Source: an uncultured Staphylococcaceae bacterium (GTDB lineage: Bacteria > Bacillota_I > Bacilli_A > RFN20 > CAG-826). Taken from it: a stretch of 64,000 bases of DNA. This document shows positions 39,662-49,378 of this stretch, piece by piece (the stretch's first letter is position 1; each line of letters starts with the position of its first letter). The DNA lies in contig CAYQCJ010000001.1 in the NCBI GenBank assembly GCA_964416025.1, positions 41,586 through 105,585 of the forward strand, given 5' to 3'. A program made the translations under genes and the position numbers. The notes under the pieces are model-generated. The model made no database searches. It worked only from the letters and a program-made list of their open reading frames with translations, and had not been told where the DNA came from.

Positions 39662-40747
39662 ATGAACAAAATTAAGACATCCCTAAAAAACTTCTTTTTA
39701 AGAATTAAATTAGAAATAGTTTATGACGATGGTCGACAAAAAATAATGTTTGTTGGCCTTAATGTAATTCTATGTATAGTAGCTTTTACTATGTCGATAG
39801 TTAACATTTTTACTAAAGAATATACTTTAATGTGGGCAACTTTAATCTTTGCTGTTTTATGTTTAATTAATGTAACCCTTATAAAAACTAAAATTAATAA
39901 AAGAATTCTTTATGTTGCTTTTGTTCTTGAAGCTATGGCTTTGATTTGTTTCTTCTTTATAAGTGGCATTCCTAATGGTTTTAGTGCATTGTGGGCGTGT
40001 TTAATTCCTTCTTTTGCTTTATTATTCTTTGGAGTCAAAAAAGGAAGTTTATTCAGTCTTGCTGAACTTTTAATAATTATCTTTTTATTCTGGATTCCAT
40101 TTGGCCAAAGTTTACTTCAATTTAGCTATACATCGACATTCTTGCTTAGATTCCCATTTTTGTATATCACAATTTATCTTATTTCGTTGCTTGTTGAATT
40201 AATTAGATCACAAACTCAGAAAGAAATGATAAGAGCTCAAGAGAAATATCACTTTTTATATCGTCACGATGCTTTAACTGGGTTATACAATAGATATGGA
40301 TTTAATGAATTGGTTGATAGTGCTTTTAAAGATAAAAATACCAAAAAATTATCGATGATATTGATTGATATCGATAATTTCAAAGTTGTTAATGATAAAT
40401 ATGGACATTTAGCAGGTGATGAAGTTTTAAAGCAAATCGCTCATATTCCTCAAGAATTATTTTGTGAACATTGTAATTTTTGTAGATGGGGTGGAGAAGA
40501 GTTTTTAATCTTAATGAAGTGTGATGATAACGCAAATGAAATGGCTGAAAAAATACGTTCATATGTCGAAAAAAATCCAATCAAATATCAGGATAAAAAT
40601 ATCAAAATTACTATTAGTTTGGGTGTTGTAATAATCGATGATGTTAGTAAATATACGGGTGCACAAGCGGCTAACGTGATCGATAGATGTTTATACAAAT
40701 CTAAAGAAAATGGAAAGAACATGGTAACTAGCGAAGTTTTAAAGTAA
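39662..40747 (+). CDS. Membrane diguanylate cyclase (GGDEF)
   Basis: Five or six N-terminal transmembrane helices. LTGLYNRYGF and RWGGEEF active-site motifs. Confidence 0.85.
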   Translation: MNKIKTSLKNFFLRIKLEIVYDDGRQKIMFVGLNVILCIVAFTMSIVNIFTKEYTLMWATLIFAVLCLINVTLIKTKINKRILYVAFVLEAMALICFFFISGIPNGFSALWACLIPSFALLFFGVKKGSLFSLAELLIIIFLFWIPFGQSLLQFSYTSTFLLRFPFLYITIYLISLLVELIRSQTQKEMIRAQEKYHFLYRHDALTGLYNRYGFNELVDSAFKDKNTKKLSMILIDIDNFKVVNDKYGHLAGDEVLKQIAHIPQELFCEHCNFCRWGGEEFLILMKCDDNANEMAEKIRSYVEKNPIKYQDKNIKITISLGVVIIDDVSKYTGAQAANVIDRCLYKSKENGKNMVTSEVLK

Positions 40748-40841
40748 ATTTTTAACAAAAATGTCACAAATTTTACAAAAAATGCACTAAAAAATTTTTT
40801 TATCTTTAAAATCGTAAAAATCAATTGGTATGTTATAATAA

Positions 40842-41927
40842 TTGAAACAAAATATGAATTTAATTGAACAAATTGTGGCATATAACTTTGGTATTTGGGT
40901 ATTACTTATCTGTCTATTTTTTATCATTATAGGTAATAAATTCCAAGATAAGTACATCAACATTATTTTTTATATATTTTTAATTTCTTTAGTTTGCTTA
41001 GATATAGCAGATATTGCCGATTTTTGTTTAAAAGTTGGAGATGTTTTTACGCCTTGGCGTTACGTTTCTACAATTTTTGGATATTTACTAAAAACATTAT
41101 CAATTCTTTTGTTTATTATCTTTATTTTAAGAAGAGAAAAACAAAAAAAGTATACATGGTTAATCTTTATTCCTTTTATAGTAGAAGTAATTTTGATTGG
41201 AATAACTCCATTCACTCATTGGGTGTTTTCTTTTAGCGATACAAATAATTTTATTAGAGGTCCAATTGGATTTTTGTCTCATGTTATTAGTGGTATTTAT
41301 ATTGCGTTATTAATAGTTTTAACCTTTATATTTTCATCAAAGTTTGATAAATACGAGGTTTATTCTGTATGTCTTGTGTGTTCGATGTCAATTGTTGCTC
41401 TTGTCTTAGAATCAATTGATGAATATAAGTTTTTATTAACAACTGCATTAACAATATCTTGTTTGGTTTATTTCCTTTATTTTTATATGCGTCAATCTCG
41501 AGTGGATATTCTTACATCGTTATTTAATCGTCAATGTTTCTTCTCTGATTTAAATAAAATTAAAAAAGACAAAGCTGCATTAATATCTATTGATCTAAAT
41601 GGTTTAAAAGGGATTAATGATGGTTTCGGTCATGAAAAAGGCGATGAAGCTTTACTAACATTAGCTAATTGTTTGTATAGAGTGTCTGGTAGAGGTTTTA
41701 GAGCTTATAGAACTGGTGGAGATGAGTTCATGGTTCTTGGGATAAATAAAGGCGCTCAAGAAGCAGAAAAGTTTATAAAAGATGCTAAGAATGAATTGTC
41801 TAAAACTGACTATATGGCGGCGTTTGGTTATGCAGTTTATAATCGTGGAATGTCCTTTGATGAATGCTTAAAAATCAGTGATGCCGCAATGTATAAAGAT
41901 AAAAAAACATACAAAAACAAACTCTAA
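40842..41927 (+). CDS. Membrane diguanylate cyclase (GGDEF), second paralog
   Basis: N-terminal transmembrane sensor region. LTSLFNRQCF and RTGGDEF. Confidence 0.85.
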   Translation: MKQNMNLIEQIVAYNFGIWVLLICLFFIIIGNKFQDKYINIIFYIFLISLVCLDIADIADFCLKVGDVFTPWRYVSTIFGYLLKTLSILLFIIFILRREKQKKYTWLIFIPFIVEVILIGITPFTHWVFSFSDTNNFIRGPIGFLSHVISGIYIALLIVLTFIFSSKFDKYEVYSVCLVCSMSIVALVLESIDEYKFLLTTALTISCLVYFLYFYMRQSRVDILTSLFNRQCFFSDLNKIKKDKAALISIDLNGLKGINDGFGHEKGDEALLTLANCLYRVSGRGFRAYRTGGDEFMVLGINKGAQEAEKFIKDAKNELSKTDYMAAFGYAVYNRGMSFDECLKISDAAMYKDKKTYKNKL

Positions 41928-41933
41928 AAATTT

Positions 41934-41966
41934 AATAACGCCTGCCAATCGGCGTTATTTTTTTAT
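41934..41966 (+). terminator. Rho-independent terminator (AATAACGCC-tgccaatc-GGCGTTATT plus T7)
   Basis: 9-bp perfect stem, 8-nt loop, TTTTTTT run. Confidence 0.7.
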
Positions 41967-41982
41967 TTATTAGTATTTTTGA

Positions 41983-42009
41983 TTTACAATTTATTTACAA
42001 TTCTTTACG
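41983..42009 (+). promoter_or_regulatory. PhoP-type Pho box: three direct repeats TTTACA / TTTACA / TTTACG at 10-11-bp spacing upstream of pstS
   Basis: Hexamers at 41983, 41994 and 42004, matching the Bacillus-type TT(A/T/C)ACA direct-repeat architecture. The cognate OmpR-family response regulator and histidine kinase are encoded downstream. Confidence 0.5.
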
Positions 42010-42072
42010 TTTCTAAGATAGTTTCAATTTTCACATATCCATAAAATAATGGCAGTGAAAAAGGAAAGAAAA

Positions 42073-43023
42073 ATGAATTTAAAAAGAATTGGAAAATTAG
42101 TGATTGGATGTGGTGCTGTTGCTGTATTGGCTTCTTGTAATAGTAAAACTGGAGATACATTTGATACCTCAAAAAATATCAGTTTATATTCTAGAGAGTC
42201 TGGAAGCGGAACAAGAGAGTGTTTCTTTGAAGGAATCGGTTATTCTGATGTTAAAAAAGAAGATAAATGGGTTAGCGGAGTTACTGTTTCAAGTCAATTA
42301 AGCAATGCTAATATTATGTCGGCAGTCGGTGAAGATGTTTATGGTTTAGGTTATTGCGCTTTAGATTCTTTAGCAAGTGTTACAACTATTAAAGGATTAA
42401 GTTTTGAAGGCATAACAGCCAGTAAAACGACGGTTTTAGATGGAACATATAAATTATCAAGAAACTTTAATTATGTAATTAGAGGTGATTATGAAGCAAG
42501 TAGCGATAAGAAATTAGCTACTGAAGCTTTCGTTAAGTTTATGTCTAGTAAGGAAGGATTAACTGCAATTAGTTCAGCTGGTGGAATTGTTTCTCTTGAT
42601 GGAGCTAAAGCTTGGAGCGAATTAGATGATGGTTATGATGCTTTAAAGACTAAAACTATTGAATTATTAACATGTGGATCGACCTCAGTTCAAAAGGTCT
42701 TAGATAAGTTAATTAGTGCATTTAAGGGCACATATACAGGGGTTTCTGTTGTTACAAGTCAAACTGGATCAGGCGATGCAGTCAAAGGAGTTACCACTTT
42801 AACCTTAAATAATACAAGTTATGATATTGGTTTCTTATCAAGAGAAATTAATGACAGTGAAAAAGCAAATTTAGTTGAGGCAAATAGAGATGGAGCAATG
42901 TGCAAAGACGCAGTTGTTCCAGTAATAAATGCAAACAACAAAACAATTGATGGAACAACTGCTGCTCAATTAAAAGCAATTTATAAAGGTGAAAAGAAGG
43001 TTTGGTCTGAATTAGTTGCATAA
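42073..43023 (+). CDS. pstS: Phosphate ABC transporter substrate-binding lipoprotein
   Basis: Lipobox LASCNS. The SGSGT motif is in the phosphate-binding region. Start taken at the ATG at 42073 (MNLKR) rather than 42049. Confidence 0.8.
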   Translation: MNLKRIGKLVIGCGAVAVLASCNSKTGDTFDTSKNISLYSRESGSGTRECFFEGIGYSDVKKEDKWVSGVTVSSQLSNANIMSAVGEDVYGLGYCALDSLASVTTIKGLSFEGITASKTTVLDGTYKLSRNFNYVIRGDYEASSDKKLATEAFVKFMSSKEGLTAISSAGGIVSLDGAKAWSELDDGYDALKTKTIELLTCGSTSVQKVLDKLISAFKGTYTGVSVVTSQTGSGDAVKGVTTLTLNNTSYDIGFLSREINDSEKANLVEANRDGAMCKDAVVPVINANNKTIDGTTAAQLKAIYKGEKKVWSELVA

Positions 43024-44162
43024 TGAACAAATCATCGACAATTGAAATAAATAAAAAATTTAAGAATAAAGATATACGAGATTCTGTCGTTAAGTATGTC
43101 TTTTTTCTCATTTCGTTATTATGTTCAGGATTGATAATTTTTATTATTATTTATATTGCTTATAAAGGAATAGCGCCATTTTCCACGGATTACTTACAAA
43201 GTGATGGAAGTGTAACTAGTGAAAATATCTATTCTTTTTTTATTGGAACTAGATGGTCATATGATGGGAACGGAACGATGATTTTCTTATTATTAACAAC
43301 AATTTTTACAGCACTTTTGTCTTTAGTAATAAGTATTCCAGTTTCGATATTAACAGCATTATTTATAATTCGTATGGCTCCTAAAGGCATAAAAACAGTT
43401 CTAAGAAGTATAGTTGAATTATTATCAGCGATTCCTTCAGTAATATTTGGATTGTTTGGATTAGCGGTAATAAATCCAATGATCAAGAATTTTGCAACCT
43501 TGATTGGGATTCAAACATATGGTGGTAAAAGTATTTTAGGAGCAATTATTATTTTAGCAATCATGTGTATTCCAACAATTACATTAACGAGTTGTGATGC
43601 CATTGCTTCTGTTGATAAAAATATGATTAATGCCTCCCTTGCTTTAGGTGCTAGCAAAACTCAGACAAACATGAAAATAGTTCTTAAAAGTGCTCAATCA
43701 GGCATATTTGCTGGAATTATTCTCGGAATTGGTAGAGCTTTAGGCGAAGCAACTGCCGTTCAAATGGTAATCGGAAATAATTCCAATGGTTTAGGATTTT
43801 ATAATGTTTTTAATATTGGCAATACTTTAACAAGTGCAATGTTAAGTGGAATTGGTGAAGCTGTAAATGGAACGCTAGGATATGACACCCGTTTCTCGTT
43901 AGGTGTTGTTTTAATTATTTTAATTTTGGTTAGTACATCTCTATTAAATATTACAAAAAAGAAGATGGATCCATTAAAAAAGAAAGAAAAACATTCATTA
44001 AATATTGGGTCCTCTTTACTTGTTTTAACGTTAAAAGATAAGGTGCAAAATGTAAAAGAATTTTGTTATCAAAAACATTTTAATTTGAATGTTTTTCTTT
44101 CTTTCGTTTTTTGCTCAATTTCAATTTTAATGGTGGTTTTGCTAGGGATATTTATATTTTAA
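43023..44162 (+). CDS. pstC: Phosphate ABC transporter permease
   Basis: Multi-transmembrane permease. Gene order pstS-C-A-B. Confidence 0.8.
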   Translation: MNKSSTIEINKKFKNKDIRDSVVKYVFFLISLLCSGLIIFIIIYIAYKGIAPFSTDYLQSDGSVTSENIYSFFIGTRWSYDGNGTMIFLLLTTIFTALLSLVISIPVSILTALFIIRMAPKGIKTVLRSIVELLSAIPSVIFGLFGLAVINPMIKNFATLIGIQTYGGKSILGAIIILAIMCIPTITLTSCDAIASVDKNMINASLALGASKTQTNMKIVLKSAQSGIFAGIILGIGRALGEATAVQMVIGNNSNGLGFYNVFNIGNTLTSAMLSGIGEAVNGTLGYDTRFSLGVVLIILILVSTSLLNITKKKMDPLKKKEKHSLNIGSSLLVLTLKDKVQNVKEFCYQKHFNLNVFLSFVFCSISILMVVLLGIFIF

Positions 44163-44170
44163 GGTAAATT

Positions 44171-45436
44171 ATGAGTGAAAATAAATTAGTTATAAGTCAA
44201 CGTGAAAAGAATAAATTACGTAAAAGAAAATTGTCCGATTTATTAGCAAACGGAACGACAATTTTGTTTTCAACTTTTTGTGTCGCTATCCTTGTATGGA
44301 TATTAGTGTATGTGTTTTCAAATGGTTATAAATATTTAACATGGGAATATCTTACTAGTGATTATTCACAAGATTCATTAGTAATTAAAACTCCTGATGA
44401 TTTTGATATTGATAACTACCAAACATTTGATGAAGCAAGCTCAGAAGAAGGAACATATTTTTCTTCGAAATGGGGAGTTTCATTAAAAAACGGAGTAGAT
44501 AACGATAAAAATACCGTCGTTTACTTTGCTAATATTCAAAATGGTTCTCCAATTAAAGATTTAATAAATGCCGGAAACACTCAAGTAGCTGATATTAATC
44601 AAAATTATTATATAAGTTATATTAATTTTGAATCTAAAGACGGATTGTCTAGTACCATAATTAATGGTGCAGATGGTGCTCAAGAAATGGCAAAAGCCTT
44701 TGATAAATATGATGTTATTTTTACGAGCGTTATCGTCTCACTTGGTGGAGGAATTAGAGGTTCTTTATTGAACACTTTATTATTAATAATAGTTACGATT
44801 ATCATCGCTTTACCTATTGGAATTGGAGCAGCAATATATTTAGCATGTTATGCAAAAGAAGGGCGATTGACAAGGGTTTTTAGAACTTTAATCGATATTA
44901 CAAGTGGAATTCCGTCGATAATTTTTGGTCTAGCAGGCGCCATTATTTTTATTCCTTTTACCAATGTAATTATGGGAACAAACGGAGGAAATATATTAAG
45001 CGGAGCTTTAACAATGTCGATAATGTTACTACCAACAATTGTTAAAAATACTGAAGAATCTATTAAGGTTATACCAAAGCCATTAAAGGATGCATCTTTA
45101 GCATTAGGAGCTAGCTACTCCCAAACAATGTTTAAAGTAATTCTACCTAATGCATTACCTAGAATTTTAACTTCAGTTCTTTTATCGATAGGAAGAATAA
45201 TTGGTGAATCAGCCGCTTTAGTATTCGCTTTAGGAACAACTATCGGAGACACGGCATCATTTACAAAAGGTTATGCGACTTTAGCTGTTCATATTTGGTT
45301 GATTTTAGGTGGAGAAACACCAGCATACGGAAGTGCTTGTGCAATATCGATTATTATTATTTTGACGGTCTTAATCTTATCAATTTTAGTTAAGTTGATA
45401 TCTTTAAGATTAAATAAGTTTAAAGGGAGAAATTAA
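44171..45436 (+). CDS. pstA: Phosphate ABC transporter permease with a large extracytoplasmic loop
   Basis: Permease signature EASLALGAS. Confidence 0.8.
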   Translation: MSENKLVISQREKNKLRKRKLSDLLANGTTILFSTFCVAILVWILVYVFSNGYKYLTWEYLTSDYSQDSLVIKTPDDFDIDNYQTFDEASSEEGTYFSSKWGVSLKNGVDNDKNTVVYFANIQNGSPIKDLINAGNTQVADINQNYYISYINFESKDGLSSTIINGADGAQEMAKAFDKYDVIFTSVIVSLGGGIRGSLLNTLLLIIVTIIIALPIGIGAAIYLACYAKEGRLTRVFRTLIDITSGIPSIIFGLAGAIIFIPFTNVIMGTNGGNILSGALTMSIMLLPTIVKNTEESIKVIPKPLKDASLALGASYSQTMFKVILPNALPRILTSVLLSIGRIIGESAALVFALGTTIGDTASFTKGYATLAVHIWLILGGETPAYGSACAISIIIILTVLILSILVKLISLRLNKFKGRN

Positions 45437-46192
45437 ATGGAAACTGTTTTTAAAGTGAAGAAATTAAATTTATTTTACGATCATGGGAAAAAACATTCAT
45501 TAAAAGACATTAATGTTAGTATTTATAAAAATAAAGTTACGGCATTTATTGGACCAAGTGGATGTGGAAAATCGACTTTATTAAGATGCTTTAATAGAAT
45601 GAACGATTTAATTGATGGGTGCGAGATAAATGGAAATATTAATTATTATGGACTTGATATTAATGGAGTTAATTCAATCTATTTAAGGACTAAAGTTGGA
45701 ATGGTATTTCAACAACCAAATCCGTTTCCGATGAGTATTCGAAGCAATTTATGTTATGGACCTAAATGCCAAGGAATGAAGAATAAAAAAGAATTAGATA
45801 ATTTGGTGAAAACTTCATTAATTGATAGTGCTTTATACGAGGAAGTAAAAGATAGACTGGATTCAAGCGGATTAGCTTTGTCTGGTGGACAACAACAAAG
45901 ATTATGTATTGCTCGATGTTTAGCAATGAATCCAGATGTAATATTGATGGATGAACCAACTAGTGCTTTAGATCCAATTGCTACTGCTAAGATTGAAGAA
46001 TTAATTAAAAAATTAAAAGAAAAATACACAATTATTATTGTTACTCACAATATGCAACAAGCTGCGCGTATTAGTGATTACACTGCCTTCTTTATGCTTG
46101 GAGAACTCGTTGAATTTAATAAAACCGAAGAATTCTTCTCGCATCCAAAAGATAAAAGAAGTGAAGATTATATAACAGGGAGGTTTGGATGA
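45437..46192 (+). CDS. pstB: Phosphate ABC transporter ATP-binding protein
   Basis: [33 protein letters not shown]. Confidence 0.9.
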   Translation: METVFKVKKLNLFYDHGKKHSLKDINVSIYKNKVTAFIGPSGCGKSTLLRCFNRMNDLIDGCEINGNINYYGLDINGVNSIYLRTKVGMVFQQPNPFPMSIRSNLCYGPKCQGMKNKKELDNLVKTSLIDSALYEEVKDRLDSSGLALSGGQQQRLCIARCLAMNPDVILMDEPTSALDPIATAKIEELIKKLKEKYTIIIVTHNMQQAARISDYTAFFMLGELVEFNKTEEFFSHPKDKRSEDYITGRFG

Positions 46193-46818
46193 TGGATTTA
46201 AAGAATTTAATGGAAACACAAATTAAAATGTTTTCTATTGTCACTCAACACTTAAATAGTGCTTTTGAATTGTTCGATAATTATAAGGAAAAATGCAAAC
46301 CAATTGATGATGATAAAGTCGATCATTTACAACAAGTTCTTGAATCAGATTGTCTCAATATTATATTAAAAGAGAGGCCCTTTGCAGGGGATTTACGATT
46401 AGTGACTGGTATTTTTAAGTTATGCGAAGATGCAGAAAGGCTTGGAGATCATGCTGAAGATATTGCCTGGTGTGCTAATAATTTAAAGAATGAAAACAAT
46501 CATAATATTTTAGAATTAGATACCATGATTGAGGTGGCTTTAAACATGGTTGAAGACTCCTTTAAGTCGGTTATGACTCTTGATGAAAAATTAGGAAAAG
46601 ATGTTATAAAGCGTGATGATATTGTTGATGATTTATATTTGAAAGTCTTAGATTTATTACCTAAACTAAAGATTGAATATGGTTATAGTGAGAACTTTAT
46701 AATTTACACAACTTTAGTTACCAAGTATGTTGAGCGTATCGCCGATCATGCAAGTAACATTGCAGAATGGGCAGTCTATATAAAAACTGGTTATTATAAA
46801 AAGGCAGTTATTATATAA
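46189..46818 (+). CDS. phoU: Phosphate transport system regulator PhoU
   Basis: Two PhoU repeats (the DHAEDIA and ADHASNIAE helices). Confidence 0.85.
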   Translation: MMDLKNLMETQIKMFSIVTQHLNSAFELFDNYKEKCKPIDDDKVDHLQQVLESDCLNIILKERPFAGDLRLVTGIFKLCEDAERLGDHAEDIAWCANNLKNENNHNILELDTMIEVALNMVEDSFKSVMTLDEKLGKDVIKRDDIVDDLYLKVLDLLPKLKIEYGYSENFIIYTTLVTKYVERIADHASNIAEWAVYIKTGYYKKAVII

Positions 46819-46826
46819 TTATAAGT

Positions 46827-47504
46827 ATGGAAAACGAATATTTAATCTATTCACTTGAAGACGACAAAGATATTTCTAAATTAATTGGGATTTCTTTAAA
46901 AAAGCAAGGGTTTGATGTAGTTTGTTTTATTGAACCAATGTCTTTTTTAAAGGCTTTTGATCAAAAAAGACCTAATTGTGTACTTTTAGATTTAATGCTT
47001 CCTCAAATGGATGGTAAAGAAGTTTTAAAACATATTAGAAACAATAGTGATAATGACGATGTTGATATTATTATTTTAAGTGCTAAAAATTCAATTTTAG
47101 ATAAGGTTGAAGGTCTTGATTTAGGAGCGGATGATTATATTTCTAAACCTTTTGATTTATTAGAGTTGGGAAGTAGAATAAACGCTCGAAAAAGAAAACA
47201 TAAAGAAAAAGACTTTATCGAATGTGGAAACATAAAAATAAATGTTAAACGTAAAGAATGCTATCTTAAAGATGAAGAAATAAAACTATCTACAACTGAA
47301 TTTAAAATTCTTGTTTGTTTAGTTAAAAACAAAAATCAAAATGTTTCTAGGGAAGATTTATATAAGATTATTTGGAATAATTCGGCTGAAGTTGAAAGCA
47401 GAGTAGTTGATGTTCATATGAAATCAATTAGAAAGAAACTTCACGATGATAACGGAGAAATAATCGAAACATTATATGGTTTTGGTTATAAAATTAAAGA
47501 TTAA
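46827..47504 (+). CDS. OmpR-family response regulator (PhoP/PhoB-like)
   Basis: Receiver plus winged-helix domain (LYGFGYKI). Confidence 0.85.
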   Translation: MENEYLIYSLEDDKDISKLIGISLKKQGFDVVCFIEPMSFLKAFDQKRPNCVLLDLMLPQMDGKEVLKHIRNNSDNDDVDIIILSAKNSILDKVEGLDLGADDYISKPFDLLELGSRINARKRKHKEKDFIECGNIKINVKRKECYLKDEEIKLSTTEFKILVCLVKNKNQNVSREDLYKIIWNNSAEVESRVVDVHMKSIRKKLHDDNGEIIETLYGFGYKIKD

Positions 47505-47506
47505 TT

Positions 47507-49177
47507 ATGAAGAAAAGAATAATAATTGTTAATAGTGTTATTGTTTCGTTAGCTCTTATTTTTACTTTTATTATTTGTGTTTTGGCCGCCAATAATTCTA
47601 TATTTTCACAAGCTCAAAGTAATGTTGTTTTTGTAACTGAAACTTGTGCGAATTCTTATGATGAATTTAAAAGCAGTAATATTATTATAAAAGATGATAG
47701 TTATCGTGAAACCATTATAGATAAAGACGGAAATGTTCTTGAAGATTCTAAAGAAAGTGATGTTAGTAAAATGGCTAATCACTTATCAAGAGAAGAGGTT
47801 CAAGCCGCTCTTGCTGGCGAACCTAAAATAATCATGAGAGATTCTGAAACTATCGGTCAAACCTACTTATATTATGCAATAAAGGTCAATACTAGCACCT
47901 CATATGTCTTTATTAGAGTTGCTTTAACAGTGTCCGCAATTAAGGCTTTTACTTACGCTTCAATGCCTTTAATTATAGTTGTTTTAATTCTAGCTATTCT
48001 ATTTGTTGTCTTAGCTTCATTTTTAATGACTAAAAACACTCTTAAACCAATTACAGTTATAAGAGATCAACTTAACGATATCGTTTTAGGAAGACCAACA
48101 AATGCGGCCTTAACAACGAAAGATAAAGATGTCGTTTTAATAATGGATGATATTAATGTTATTGAAAACAAACTTCAAAATAGTATTCAATCGATGACGA
48201 CCCAAAAAGAAAAGTTAGAGTATATAATTAATAATATCAGCGATGGAATTGTAGTTTTAGATTCGCATTTCGTAATTAGTTCTATAAATAAATCTGCTTA
48301 CAAAATATTTGATATTAGTAATTTAGTAGGCAAAAATTTGAGTTATTTAACTTTAGATGAAAAACTCATTAAAAAAATTCAAGATGCGACTAAGGAAAAT
48401 AACAAACAATTTGAATATTCAATTGGTTCAACATTTTATTATGTGAATGTTTCTAGAATTGATGACTTATTCCTTTTAGTATTTACTGATATTAATAATG
48501 AAAAACGCAATCAAGAAATGAGAGAAGAATTCTTTAGAAGTGCCAGTCATGAATTAAAGACTCCATTAACCTCGATTATTGGATATGATCAATTAATTGC
48601 GTCATGTACTGATGACCAAGACATTAAGGATTATTCTTCAGAAATCGAGAAAAATTCAAGAAGAATGTTAACCTTAATTTTAGATATGATGTCGATTTCT
48701 GAACTTGATAGTCGTAAAGAAATTAAGAAAGAAGTTGTCGATTTAAATGAGACTGCCAAAGAAGCTATTAGTTCATTAAAACAACTAATTGAAGGGGGAT
48801 TAGCAAGTGTTTTTGTAAACGGCGATGCTAAAATTAATGGTATAAAAGATGATTTCTCTAGATTGTTTAAGAACCTAATTGAGAACTCAATAAAATATAA
48901 TGATAAAGCCAAAAAAGAAATTATTGTCGATATTTCTGAAGACAAATCTTTTGTTACAATTTCGATAAAAGACAACGGAATAGGAATTAAGAAAGAAGAT
49001 CAAAACAGAATTTTTGAAAGATTTTTTACAGTTGATAAATCAAGAAGTAAAGAGCTTGGTGGAACAGGTTTAGGTTTAGCAATTGTTAAACATATTGTTG
49101 AATATTATCAAGGAACCATTGAAGTAAATTCAAAAATTGGAGTTGGTACCGAAATGATATTTAAACTAAAAAAATAA
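47507..49177 (+). CDS. Sensor histidine kinase (PhoR-like)
   Basis: Two transmembrane segments. HisKA H-box FRSASHELKTPL. HATPase_c (GGTGLGLAIVK). Confidence 0.85.
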   Translation: MKKRIIIVNSVIVSLALIFTFIICVLAANNSIFSQAQSNVVFVTETCANSYDEFKSSNIIIKDDSYRETIIDKDGNVLEDSKESDVSKMANHLSREEVQAALAGEPKIIMRDSETIGQTYLYYAIKVNTSTSYVFIRVALTVSAIKAFTYASMPLIIVVLILAILFVVLASFLMTKNTLKPITVIRDQLNDIVLGRPTNAALTTKDKDVVLIMDDINVIENKLQNSIQSMTTQKEKLEYIINNISDGIVVLDSHFVISSINKSAYKIFDISNLVGKNLSYLTLDEKLIKKIQDATKENNKQFEYSIGSTFYYVNVSRIDDLFLLVFTDINNEKRNQEMREEFFRSASHELKTPLTSIIGYDQLIASCTDDQDIKDYSSEIEKNSRRMLTLILDMMSISELDSRKEIKKEVVDLNETAKEAISSLKQLIEGGLASVFVNGDAKINGIKDDFSRLFKNLIENSIKYNDKAKKEIIVDISEDKSFVTISIKDNGIGIKKEDQNRIFERFFTVDKSRSKELGGTGLGLAIVKHIVEYYQGTIEVNSKIGVGTEMIFKLKK

Positions 49178-49202
49178 TTTTTATATTTTGCAATTTTTAA
49201 AT

Positions 49203-49256
49203 CGGGATTGGCAAGATAATTTTAAAAACCCTTGCCAATCCCCTTTCTTTTTTCTC
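49203..49256. terminator. Terminator hairpin built from the motif family: GGGATTGGCAAG-loop-CCTTGCCAATCCC plus T-run (copy D; bottom strand reads GGGGATTGGCAAGGGTTTTTA)
   Basis: 12-13-bp perfect stem, 14-nt A/T loop, then CTTTCTTTTTTCTCG. Confidence 0.65.
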
Positions 49257-49378
49257 GTTACAGTCGAAATTTGCTCTAAATAACACTACAAATTTTCTTT
49301 TAAAAATTTTTACAATCTAAAATGTAAATTATCTTTTTTGCTATGAATTGGACTTTTTTATCTCTATAATCACAATAT

